Origin: Leucoraja ocellata
Lineage: Eukaryota
Length of the DNA: 64,000 nt
NCBI GenBank assembly: GCA_036785375.1
Contig: JAWMAR010000104.1
Location: 4,402,001-4,466,000 of the forward strand
Reading direction: 5' to 3'
Numbering within the stretch: the stretch's first letter is position 1; every line of letters starts with the position of its first letter. A program made the position numbers and the translations under genes. This document shows positions 1-11,779 of this stretch, in pieces. The notes under the pieces were generated by a model. That model made no database searches, was not told where the DNA came from, and saw only the letters and a program-made list of their open reading frames with translations.

Positions 1-2467
1 CCTTTTATCGAATAGAGGAAGATATCATTTAATCTGGTGTAAACTTGACAATTAAATATATAATCGCTGGGGCCCTTCTAGTATATGCATTCAACACCAT
101 ACGTAGATCTTTTACATTCTTCCTTAAATGTCGTGCATCAGACAAGAATGCTATACCAAACGTTAAATGTGAGTGAATTATAAATATTTAAAATAACAAC
201 TTTCCACTTGAACCTACCTACCAATCAATGTATCTCAGCATTCGGAACAGGGTATAAACTAATCTCCGAACGTTTTATGACACTAACAATGTGCATGCAT
301 ATATGCAGGCCTTCATTCCCCTCCATTTTACATTTCTAAAATAATCTTAAATAATAAATAACTGAGAAACATAAATGTATTAAAACACACTTATTTTGGT
401 GACACAAGTTGAAATGTTGCTCATCCAGAAGTAATTAATATGTGTATGCCTTAGATATCTGCTGAGTTACTCATCATGCTGGGACCATCTTCAGCCAATG
501 CGATTTAATCCATGCGGTATGGAGAAGAAGGCAGGATATTGCAAAAGGCGTGGAACCAAGCACCATCCTTGAAATAGTATGGAAGATGTAGTATATACAT
601 CTTACTTAGGAGCAAACTGTATATTTCGCCACACTCTTCCCTTTGTAGCTGTAATATTGTAGTCTGTTCAATATTGTGGACAATTGCCAAGATATTTCGA
701 GATCACAACAATCTGGGAAAATCCGATCTGGATAATTACCACTCAATGAGCTCACTCTCAATCATCACCAAACTGATGGAAAAAATGTAATTGACATCAC
801 CGTAAAAAAACATTTACTCAACATTACCCTGATCACCGATAAGCAGCATGTTTCAAGACAACTAGACTGCAGTCCTCATCAGGACTTGTTCCCCAAACTG
901 GAATTCTAAAGAAGATGTTGAACTAATGGCTCTTGACATCAAAGCATTACTGTACTGCGTGTAGTAAGTATAAAGAGCCTCCGGTAAACTGAAGTCAAGA
1001 GAATCAAGGGGAAATATTTCAATCGTTGGAGCCAACCCGTGCGTAAAGTAATGCGACAATGCTTGTATGAAAGATTAATCATCAAAGTCGACACATCACC
1101 TAAACCACATCACCAGACTGTGTACATGGCCGGCTGCTTGACAGCCAACCTTCCTTCCATTATAAAATCAAAGGTAGGTTTACCTGGTCAGTGCACCATT
1201 GTCAATTCGAGGCAATATCCCTCAATAAATGGAACAGTGTGTGCTAGCATGCCCGCAATTCCATAATTAATTTCAAATATGGGTGGCAGAGAACTAAGCA
1301 ACACTGTATTAAAACGCATTAAAAATGTCAGATGAACACAAAGTGTTGGAGTGAATCAGCGGGTCAGGTAGCATCTCTGGGGAAAAAGCAAATGTGCAAA
1401 ATTCGGGTCACGACATTCCTTCAGACTGAAAGTAGGCAGTGGGGGAGGGGTGGGTGGAAGGGAGGGGTGGGTGGGGGGAATGGGGTGAATGAAGAACTGG
1501 AGGCAAGAAATGTGCAGGACCAATCTAGGCCAGCAAACAAATTACCTCAGGCAGGGTTGAGCCCTGGTAGACCTATTGTTGGCTCTTAAAAAAAATATAT
1601 ACACAAATACTTATATTCAAAAAAAAAAATAAACAAACAAATTAACACAATCAAAGACTGCCTCGATCCCTGACACACTCCATTTCCCTCATTGGTTAGG
1701 ATTATTAAATGTATTATTTTATATTACAATGCTGTCTTCAATGTAGATTCACCCCTTTGTTATTGTTGAAAAACAATTTGAAAGTGTTCTCGAGTGATGC
1801 TTGTCAGAACGACGATTTAAATGTTTGCATTTCCTTACCTATTCATACTCTGCATTCATTTGCTATGTTGGTTAAGGCATCCATAATCATCAGGACATTA
1901 AATAAAATATTTGCATTACCTACACTAAATGCCACAGTGGAATTCATGTATTCATCCATTTGCATGTCAAATTTATGTGTGCAAAGTCCGACCAGATGAA
2001 AGTGCACTCTTTAAAAACGGACATTAATTAGCTTAAAACTACAAATCTGAAGCACTGACATCAGTCGGAAGAAGAGTCTCGACCCGAAACGTCACCCATT
2101 CATTCTCTGCAGAAATGATGCCTGTCCGCTGAGTTGCTCCAGCATTTTGCGTCTACCTTCCATTTAAACCAGCATCAGCAGTTCTTTCCTACTACAAACT
2201 CTCTTATTTATGGTTGTTCGTGGTGTTTTCAAACTATAAACAAACTTCAACAAAGCGTTGATTAGAACGACAAATCACGTATTTATGGAACAAAACCTTG
2301 TTTTCTACTGAGGCTAATGGGTAAACCGAAGTACAACAAAGATTCATCATTGTCATTATGTTATATAGAAAGTATTTCTGTCATATTATTTGAATCGGTG
2401 AAGCTTGGTTAGAATCGCAGGATACATACATTTCCTATCACACTCGCAATACAAACCATGATGTATG

Positions 2468-4864
2468 TCATTCTCTTCCGATGGTACTACGAGTATTCAT
2501 GTAATTGGAATTCAAGGTAGGTTTTAGGAATAAGAAATCACATTTAGAAGATTCAGAAGACAGTCCAACTGCGTAGTGACAAGTTCCAGATAAGGGAAGA
2601 GTTGGAGCAGCTCCACTGTAACGCAACCCTTCATGAAGAACCGCTCTCCGATTAAAGGCATCAGTCGAGTGCCACTTGCTGCAGGGAAAGCAGCATCTGG
2701 TCTCATCCACGTTGTTAGTCCTGTTTTGCTTGCATTTTAGTAGAAGCAGCAAAATTATGATTGCCAGGAAGATAACGGAAGTTGATCCAAAAATGATGAT
2801 TAAATAAACATTCGGCCCAGAAAATTGACTAACATTCCTATGTTGGTGCAATTCTGAGGACATGTTTTCAGTAATATTCGCCAAAACTGATACAATGATG
2901 GTGATTGTGCTGGAGAGGCGCGGCTGTCCGTTGTCCATGACGTGAATTACCATCCTTTGATTGGTGGCGTCTTCAATCTTCAAATTTCTCACAGTCTTAA
3001 TTTCCCCAGAGTGTGGCCCAATATTGAATAGGTTTTTGTCGGTGGCCTCCAAAATTTGAAAGGAAAGGCGCATGTTCTGCCCTGAATCCGCGTCACTTGC
3101 GATTATCTTAGTGACCAAGTATCCTGGATATAACGATTGACGAGCAATCTCCAATGAAGCTGTATTGTTCCACATTAAAGGTGAATCAATCACTGGTGCA
3201 TTGTCATTTTGATCTAAAATAATAACATTTACATTAGCTGTGTTGCTCAGCTTGGGGAATCCAGCATCTTCAGCTTTAACTTTGATCCTGAATTGCTTTA
3301 GGTTTTCGTAGTCAAAAGAACGCACTGCGAAAACATTTCCACTCTTAGAGTTAATTGTAACAATATGCGTTGCTGAAACATCTTTTATCCTGCTATCCAC
3401 CACCGAATACGTTAACATACCATTCAGATCCAAATCTGCATCTAATGCAGTAACAGCAAATATGGAAGCACCAGGTCTGTTATTCTCCATTAGGAACACG
3501 TTGTATGTGGATTGGGTAAACATCGGTGCATTATCATTTACGTCGGAAACTGTGATTAGTATATGCTTACTTGCTGAAAGGGGAGGAGAACCTCGGTCCC
3601 ACGAGGAAATTGAAATGTTATAAACTGAGACCGTTTCTCGATCCAAAGCATCACTCGTCACCAAATTATAATTGTTGCTTGAAATCTTTTGAAGTTTAAA
3701 TGGTAGGTTTTTATCAACACCGCACTGCACTTGCCCGTTTTCGCCAGAATCAGGATCACTTACGCTGATTTCGGCTAACATTGTTCCAATTTGCGCATCT
3801 TCAAGAACCGTATTGGATGAGGACACTACCTCTATCTCGGGTGCATTATCATTCATATCAATTAATCGAACCATAACCTTGGTATGCCCTACTAGTGCGT
3901 ACGGACCTTTATCCGTAGCTTCTACACCAAGTTCATAAATATGTGCCTTTTCAAAATCTAATACTTCTTCAACTCTGATCTCTCCAGTTACAGGATCTAA
4001 GTTGAACAATTCTCGAGTCGATGGTGACGTGTGGCTGGTGAAAGAATACACGAAATCACCATTTGTACCTTCGTCTAAATCAGCAGCACTCACCTTCGTC
4101 ACTAACGTACCCTTGAGAGTGTTTTCTCGTATGTTAGCTCTGTATAATTCATGGTCAAATACAGGAGCATTATCATTCGCATCCACAACAGTGATGATAA
4201 TTTGAGCAGTACCAGTTCTCTGGGGAATCCCACCATCAATGGCCGTTAGTACAAGATAAAATGTGGGCTGTTCTTCACGGTCCAGCGATTTTTCCAATGA
4301 TAATTCGGCGATTACGTCTCCATTACTTCTTTTCTGCAATTTGAGATCAAAGTATTCATTTGTACTAATCTGGTAAGTGCTGATAGTGTTTGTGCCCACA
4401 TCCGGATCGTGCGCGCTCTCAAGTGGGACGCGCGCTCCTGGTGCAAGTACTTCATTAATCCGTAAAGAAAATTCGTCTTTAGAAAAGCGAGGTGGATTGT
4501 CATTTACATCAATTATTTCCACGGCAACACTGTGCATTTCCGGAGGATTATCCAGCGATATTTTGTAGGCAAGGGAACAAAGAGAGTGTTCGCCACAAAC
4601 CTGTTCCCTGTCAATTCGCTCACTGACAAATAAAATCCCATTTTCCAGGTTTAGAGACAGATAATTTTTCGTATCATCGGAAATCAGACGAAACCTTCTT
4701 GTCCACAATTCCGAAATCCCAATGTTTAAATCCTCGGCGATATTACCAACAAATGCCCCTTGCTCCAGCTCCTCTTGAATAGAGTAGCGAATTCGTCCCG
4801 CAACATGGCCCGACAGAATGAGCAGAGAGATAAAATGCACCGCGTCGCTGGCTGCAGTCGCCAT
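2468..4864 (-). CDS. Clustered protocadherin unit 1 (798 aa): signal peptide, 6 cadherin repeats, TM, cytoplasmic tail
   Basis: Intact ORF with IRYSIQEE N-terminus, EC1 DRE..C-X5-C, repeated DxNDNxPxF, LDRE and AxDxG calcium motifs, TM (VYLIIIFGSTSVIFLAIIILLLLL) and tail YAVGLSSESSKCDFLFLKP. CSE promoter upstream. Confidence 0.95.
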   Translation of the reverse strand: MATAASDAVHFISLLILSGHVAGRIRYSIQEELEQGAFVGNIAEDLNIGISELWTRRFRLISDDTKNYLSLNLENGILFVSERIDREQVCGEHSLCSLAYKISLDNPPEMHSVAVEIIDVNDNPPRFSKDEFSLRINEVLAPGARVPLESAHDPDVGTNTISTYQISTNEYFDLKLQKRSNGDVIAELSLEKSLDREEQPTFYLVLTAIDGGIPQRTGTAQIIITVVDANDNAPVFDHELYRANIRENTLKGTLVTKVSAADLDEGTNGDFVYSFTSHTSPSTRELFNLDPVTGEIRVEEVLDFEKAHIYELGVEATDKGPYALVGHTKVMVRLIDMNDNAPEIEVVSSSNTVLEDAQIGTMLAEISVSDPDSGENGQVQCGVDKNLPFKLQKISSNNYNLVTSDALDRETVSVYNISISSWDRGSPPLSASKHILITVSDVNDNAPMFTQSTYNVFLMENNRPGASIFAVTALDADLDLNGMLTYSVVDSRIKDVSATHIVTINSKSGNVFAVRSFDYENLKQFRIKVKAEDAGFPKLSNTANVNVIILDQNDNAPVIDSPLMWNNTASLEIARQSLYPGYLVTKIIASDADSGQNMRLSFQILEATDKNLFNIGPHSGEIKTVRNLKIEDATNQRMVIHVMDNGQPRLSSTITIIVSVLANITENMSSELHQHRNVSQFSGPNVYLIIIFGSTSVIFLAIIILLLLLKCKQNRTNNVDETRCCFPCSKWHSTDAFNRRAVLHEGLRYSGAAPTLPLSGTCHYAVGLSSESSKCDFLFLKPTLNSNYMNTRSTIGRE

Positions 4865-5074
4865 TGTTCTAGGATGAAATTTGTTTTATAATTAATAAAG
4901 ATTATACCAATCAGCAAGATTATTCTGTGCTCCGAGTCAAATAAGTCGAATGTTCAAATAAATCCCAATGCGGCGACACACTAAAGCGCAACCAGAGTGT
5001 TATTCAGAACATGTTCTCGATCTTAGACGTTTACACAGCCATGTCTCTCTTCGACTCTCCTGCGTCTCCCTGCC

Positions 5075-5185
5075 GAAAGGAAGGGGTAGATCACTCAAAG
5101 CGACTCGACGTCTTATTGGTAGACAGCGACACAAAGTGTTCCGCCCAAATAACTGCAACAACTGTTCTTAAAGCTGGCCTGTTCG
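5075..5185 (-). promoter_or_regulatory. Protocadherin promoter with CSE (CGCT box/CTCF site) and CCAAT, unit 1
   Basis: Minus strand GTGTCGCTGTCTACCAAT at 5132-5115, TGCAGTT module starting at 5157, GCTTTAAGAA at 5174-5165. About 250 bp upstream of the ATG and conserved before all six ORFs. Confidence 0.85.
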
Positions 5186-6229
5186 ATCAATATTTACATG
5201 CATTTTATTTATAATCGTAGACAAATAGAAACAGTTCACTGAATCAAATTCAATTGATAGTGAATACGTCATGACAAGAAAGGAAGGCAAACGTACGCTT
5301 TCTACAGGAATGCACGTGCACCATTCGCCAATTATTAGTTGTCACGATGTCATGGCATAGGTCTCAGGTGGCGCGACATAAGTAAAGTCTGTAAAAAAAG
5401 ATGAGAATAATACCCAGAAAAATCTAATTTAGTCTAAATCTTCAAGCATTCAGCTATGCACCCGAGAACGTGTCTGTTGCTTATGAATATGAAATACAGG
5501 GAATAGGCCCCCGTACTGTCGAACTACACCGTTTTTAATGTAATCATGGCTGGCTAGTTTGGCGCTTCAAGCACGCATTCCTGTCTACGGGCATTACTTA
5601 TATTAACGCCCTTGCTTATCCATAGCCTTCCAGTTTCCTTGAGATAAAGTAAATTGTTTTCATTTCGACACGAGTGTTTAGCTCTGCGCAATGACTCCTG
5701 GTTACGAAGCCTCACACATGATTAAACATTATCTTCATATCTGCCTTGTCGAGACACTCATCCCCCTCCGCCGCTCCTCCTTCACCCCTTCATCGTCTTG
5801 TGTGCCTACATGTATAACATTTTCGCAAATGTCCAGTCTATTCCAGATATACGGCTCGAAAGCCTTCCTCGAACTGCCTACTGTGCATTAACATTCCATA
5901 AACATAGAAACCCATAATAAACACAGACTCCCGACTTTCTCTCACCAGTGTCCCACATGCCCGATAAGCAACGTCCGATTTTTACATTCATCTGCAGTCG
6001 CAATACAACTCTGCGAGCTTTCCAAGATATTTATTGCATCTGCTTCGTTGTTTTACCTTGAATGTGCTTGCCGTTAATTGTAGATTCTGGGATATATAAC
6101 AATTGAAAAAACATAGTATTTTTTTAATCGAACGAGTATAATTTGTGTAGCCGCTAATTTTATTAACCGAACAATACAGCACCAGTCAGCTAGCCACAAG
6201 ATAAACATACTCGTCTTCCGTTGGATGAT

Positions 6230-9200
6230 AGTGTGGAGAGCCGAGTCACTTTGGCCTCGAACCGTCGTCCGTCGAGCTCGTACACTCGCGTAGACCTGGT
6301 ATGATCTGGGCCGACCAATCAACGCCGATCTGCGTGGGTGCAGCGGACGACGGAGCTTCATTTCTCAGTCAACGGGTGAACACACACACCTTGCCATTTT
6401 GTACTAATTGTTGAGCTGTCTCGTTTAAATATTAAACTGTTTACACAACACATGAACCTCTTCAGTGGTGACCCAACGATCCAAAACGGCATCTTTTGGA
6501 TTTCATCATGCTAGAAGGAGACCCCAGATCAGCAGAACGCAGTTTCACTCTAACTGCTCTCCTTCTGGACATCACAGCCCCAAGTTTGGCTTGAATAAGC
6601 CAAAACCTAATTCCACATCCGCCAGATAACTGCCGACGTCAACAAGTACTACCACGTGGTCAGTGCGCTGGACCACAAATCCGCCGGGAGCCTCATCGAT
6701 TACCTTCGCCAGCCACCAGCCGACAACAAGTACGAAGGGATCAAGACGGTCCTCAAGTACACATTCGGTCTCAGCTACAGCGACAGGGCAGCAAAACTCT
6801 TGTACAAGGATGGCCTTGGCGACCGCAAACCATCGGTGTACTTGAAATAAATGTTCACCCTGATGGATGCCTCCTTTTCGAACAGGGCTTCCTCGAGCAC
6901 ATGCCTGAGGACATCCGCCTGCTCCTCGCGGCTGATTATTTCACCGAATCCCGACGGCTGGCAGCCGGTGCAGATGTGCTGTGGCAGGCCAAACATCAGG
7001 GTGGAGCTACCATCAATCGGGTGGTGGCTGTGCCTCGGCAGGTCATAATGGTGGTCCCAACCTCCATGGAATGAGTGGCAGTAATGTCGGCCACACAGGG
7101 CGCCAGCAAGGACAAGTGGTGCTACTACCACCAAAGGTGGGGCTTCGAGGCCAGCCGATGCCAACCACCATGCACACACCTGGGAAAAGCCACGGACGGC
7201 CGGCAGTAGTAGCAACTACCGCCGGCCAAAATCATCATCGCCTCTACACCTGGGATCATCAGTCGGGGCGACGTTTTCTCGCTGACACGGGAGTGGAGGT
7301 CAGTGTTTTGCCCCCCTCGGGCACTGACACTGGTTCCGGAAAGAAGGGGCTTCCCCTGACTACAGCCAACAGATTAGATTAGAATAGATTAGATCCTTTA
7401 TTTGTCATTCAGACCATTCTGTCTGAACGAAATGTCATTGCCTGCAGCCATACATATAATAATAAACAACAAAACACACAATAAACACAAATTAACATCC
7501 ACCACAGTGAGTTCACCAGGCACCCCCTGTGATGGAGGCAAAAGTCTTAAGGTTACTGTCTCTTCCCTCCTCATTCTCCCTCTGCGCTAAGGCGATATGT
7601 TGTTACCCCACCAGGCGATGATAGTCAGTCCCGCGGATCAACCAAGCTCCGCGGCACGGGGTGGTCGAAGCTGCCGCCCTCCAGTCCAGCGGACGCAGCT
7701 GTTGCCGCGGAAGCTCCGGAAAACAGGCACCAGCCTGTGACCTGCGAGCTCCGGACGATGTCGTCCACTGGCCCACGGCCGAGCCCCGGTTCATGTTGCC
7801 GCCGCCGGAACGCCGCCTCAGCCACCGGAGCACCGTCTCAGCCTCAGCCACCGGAGCACCGTCTCAGCCCCGCGCCAGGCCGCCCTCAAGGAGCACCGTC
7901 TCAGCCCCGCGCCGGGCCGCCCTCACCGGAGCGCCGTCTCAGCCCTGCGCCGGGCCGCCCTCACCGGAGCGCCGTCTCAGCCCCGAGTCGTGCCGCTGCC
8001 ACTGGAGCGCCTGAACGCCGCCACAGCTCCGAATTCGACTAGCCTCGCATTGGTGAGTCCTGGCTGGCTCTGCCTCCGGAACCTCGAGGTCGGTCGCAGG
8101 TTGGAGGCCGCCAGCTCCGCCATTAGGCCTCAGCGTCCGAATATACGGGGGCCACACGATCCCGCGCAACATCAACTCCTGTCGCTTCAATTCGACCATT
8201 ACCATCGCCAACGTCTCACAACCACTGCTGGGCACCGACTTCCTACGGGCGCAATCCCTGCTGGTCGACGTGAAAGGCCAACGTCTCGTTAATTCTGAGA
8301 CGTTGGAGCCGATCGCCGAATGGACTGGACCTCCGTCAACGGATACGCCAGGATCTTGGCTGATTTCCCTGACATCATAACTCCCCGCTTCACAACGTCC
8401 AGCCCCAAGCATGGGGTGAAGCTCCATATCCCCACCACCCAACCACCACTCCATGCATGCACAAGCAGGCTGGCCCCCGATCAACTCCAACTGGCCAAAG
8501 ACGAGTTCCGCAAGATGGAGGAAATGGGCATAGTGCGCTGCTCAGGCAGCCCGTGGGCATCCCTGCCATCTCAACGAGGTCACAACAGCCGACCGGTACA
8601 CTGTCCCTCACATCCGAAATTTCACGGCAAACCTGGATGGTGACAAGGTATTTTTCAAGATCAACCTGGTATGCGGCTACCATCAGATTCTGGTCCACCC
8701 AGCCGACATCCGTAAGACGGCCTTCATCACCCCGTTCGGGCTCTTTAAGTTCCTGTGCATGTCTCTCGGCCTCACGAACGGTGCCTAAACGTTCTACCGG
8801 CTCATTGACACGGTGGGCCGCGGGCTGGACTTCATGTTCATCTACCTCGACGACATCCTCGTCGCCAGCCGCAGGAACACCACGCACCCTCCCGGCTGCT
8901 CTGCCAGCGGCTCAACGAGCATGGCCATACCATCAACCTTGCCAAGTGTCAGTTTGGCCTTACTTCTATCAACTTCCTCAGCTACCACATCAACCAGCAT
9001 AGAGCACCCACTCCCAACCAAGGTCGGTGCCATCCGCAAGTGTGCCAAACTCTCTACTGTGAAATGACTCCAAGAGTGTGTTGGCATGGTCAACTTGTAC
9101 AAGCACGTCGTGCCAGCAGCTGCCAGGATTATGCAACCGCTGTTCAAGGCCCTGACCAAAGAGGCAAAAGAGATCATTTGGGATACGCGGCCACATCAGA

Positions 9201-10500
9201 CAATGCCAAGGAGGCAATGGCAAAGGCAACGACGCTGGTACATCCATAGGCCAACGCACCAACAGCTCTCATGGTCAAAACATCTGGCACAACCGTGGGC
9301 TGAGTGCTTGAGCAACTGATCAATGGTAGCTGGAAGCCCCTCGCCTTTTCAGTCGTCGCCTGAGACCCCCGAGTAGAAATACAGCGCTTTCGACCGGAAA
9401 CTCCTCGCTCTCTACCTGGACATCCGGCATTTCCGCTACTTCCACGAGGGCAGAGATTTCACAACTTTCACCGACCACAAGCCACCCACATTTGCCTTTT
9501 CCAAAGTGTCTGATCCTTGGCCAGCCCGACAGCAGCGCCACCTGACCTATATCTTTGAACACACGACTTGCGTCCAGCACATCGCAGGCAAGAGCAATCA
9601 TGTCGCAGATGCATTGTGCCACATTGTCCCACATTCACGCTGTGGCCACAGGTATCGACTACACGACCGTCGCTGCCGCCCAGCGTGAGGTTGAAGAGAT
9701 GATCACCTACAGCACCGCCATCTCAGTCCTACTGTTGGAGGATGTGCAATTCCGGCCCGCTGACACCACACTCACCTGTGATGTGTCTATGGGGCAGCCA
9801 AAAACCCATCATCCCCGCTGCTTGGCGCCGCCGGATGTTCAACATGATTCATGGCCCAGCTCACCCTTCCATCAAAGGCACTGATGGCAGCCAAGTTCAT
9901 GTGGCACGGGTTGCGTAAACAGGTCGGCAACTGGGCCAGAGCGTGCATCCCCTGTCAAATCTCCAAAATTCAGCGACACATCAAGGAGCCGCTGCAGAAC
10001 TTTGCCCTGACACACCGGCGTTTAGACCACATCCACGTCGACATCGTTGGATCACTGCCCCCCATCCACAGGTGTCATCCACCTCGTCACCATCGTGGAC
10101 AGATTCCCGAGATAGCCGGGAACCATCACACTCTCGAATACCTCCACTGCGACGTGCACATGCTTTCACCGCCCACTGGATCGCCCGCTTTGGCGTGCCG
10201 GCGGACATCTCAGACAGACTGAGCAGTTCATCTCCGAGATGTGGCCAGCAATGGCCCGGCAGCTCGACACTAAGCTGCACCGCATAACGGCCTACCACCC
10301 GCAAGAAAACGGTCTAGTGGAACGCATTCACCGGCACCTGAAGGCATCTCTCAATGCACGGCTCACAGGCCCAGACTGGATGGACGAATTGCCATGGGTC
10401 ATGCTATGTATAGCACTGCCCCGACGGAGGACCTGGCAACTTCTACGGCCGATCTGGTGCACGGCGCCCCATTTACGGTCCCAGGGGCCTACATCCCATA
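6230..10500 (+). mobile_element. Decayed Ty3/Gypsy LTR retrotransposon (Mag-like); 5' LTR and PBS present, 3' end truncated, interrupted at 7371-8134
   Basis: LTR ends ...CTCTTCA at 6464 with ATTAAA at 6431. PBS TGGTGACCC at 6466 is tRNA-Trp-like. Domains seen: gag (YYHVVSALD), protease FLADTG (~7275), RT YLDDILVAS (~8843), RNase H, integrase (HVDIVG, IARFGVP, AYHPQENGLVER). Multiple frameshifts and stops. LTR start approximate. Confidence 0.9.
7371..8134 (-). mobile_element. 5'-truncated GC-rich VNTR retroposon inserted in the Gypsy protease region
   Basis: Reverse complement of ~42257-43088. About 3.5 copies of a 38-bp unit at 7851-7984, 3' hairpin, AATAAA and (TCTAA)n tail. Gypsy reading continues across it (PLTTAN | SVRIYG). 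Confidence 0.85.
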
Positions 10501-11779
10501 ACAGAAAATACATGGAATTGTGACCTGAAAACTCTTCAGAAAGCGACTGCAATAATTGAACTATTTTCCCCATCGTGCTCTATTGTGTGGATTAAATAGA
10601 ATACCACTGGTTGCCTTGATGCAAAGGGTTCTTTGATCATTGCTATCATTTATATCTGTATCCTTACTTTGTATTAATAATAAAAGAACATATTCAGAAA
10701 AGAAAAACGGATTATTTAAAGACTTGAAAACCTTTACGTCCAGGCACCTGAACGTGCATGTGTAATATGTAGGAAGGATATACAGATGCTGGTTTAAACA
10801 GAAGATAAACACAAAATGCTGGAGTAACTCAGCGGGACAGCAGCACTGTGGAGAGAAGGAATGGGTGACTTCTCGGGTCAAAACCGTTCTTCAGACCGGT
10901 CAGCCCGTCAGACAATATAATGTCACCTTATATTTTCTAAGTTAATTTAACTTTCAAGCCAGAGTTATGGTGCGAGTTGTTGTTCACAGGTTTGAATCTC
11001 CTATTTTTCTGTTGACGCTGGTAATTAGTAATTGCAATTGGCTTGCCCAAAGCCACAATGTAAAAAAACGCGCACTTTCTGCATCGGGTGCACTGATTAA
11101 AATCAGCATCCCTAGCCCTCCACATAGTTGTAAGGGCGAGTAATATTTATTTCCATCAAACATTACGCACTGATTTCATTTTTACGCAATGATTTCATCA
11201 AATACCCACACTATGCTTCGGCATTGAAGAGAAACGCATATTGAGATAGGAACACCGAGAAAACATTACAGCAGAGCTGGCCAGGTCAAAAAGCTAACGG
11301 GGGCGGGGAACGAGTGAGGATCAAATAATATGACATTATTTTGATTCGGTTTGCGGACTTCCTGCTTGTTTGCTCTCCTCAAACTGCACTTTAACAAATC
11401 ACATACCATACATAAACAGCAGAATTATGTATGCAACCCGCACTTAGCGTTTGACACAACACTGGCAAAAATAACACAGGTATTTTGGTGACCAGCAAAT
11501 CGAATTTTGTCAGTTTTCACCTAGTCTTTTTTTATGAGTGGATTTAGAAATTGCAAACTTTAATCTATTGAGTAGAGTTTAGTTTATTGTCATGTGTACC
11601 GAGGTACAGAGAAAAGCTTTTGTTGCATGCTAACCAGTCAGCGGAAATCTATAGGCGCAAGATACGTACTTGTAATAAATCGTGTCATGATTTGCAAATA
11701 CGAGAGTTGAAATCAGCGTGCCGTATTATTGAGAAAACAATGGTCCCATGGATGATTGGATGAACATGCGGAGATTATG

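Noticed and set aside
4225-4250. Exonic CTCF site or antisense promoter as in mammalian Pcdh-alpha
   Set aside because: The conserved AxDGG-coding DNA is explained by protein constraint, and I could not match it convincingly to the CTCF motif by eye.
5358-5376. CAGGTGGCGC reverse-orientation CTCF-like site
   Set aside because: The key CC of the core is missing and it is not repeated at other promoters.
7851-7984. Regular ~38-bp repeats resembling a CRISPR array
   Set aside because: Head-to-tail units with no unique spacers, in a vertebrate context.
10520-10540. ACTCTTCAG as the end of a Gypsy 3' LTR
   Set aside because: Only ~8 nt match the 5' LTR end; no polypurine tract or LTR body is seen.
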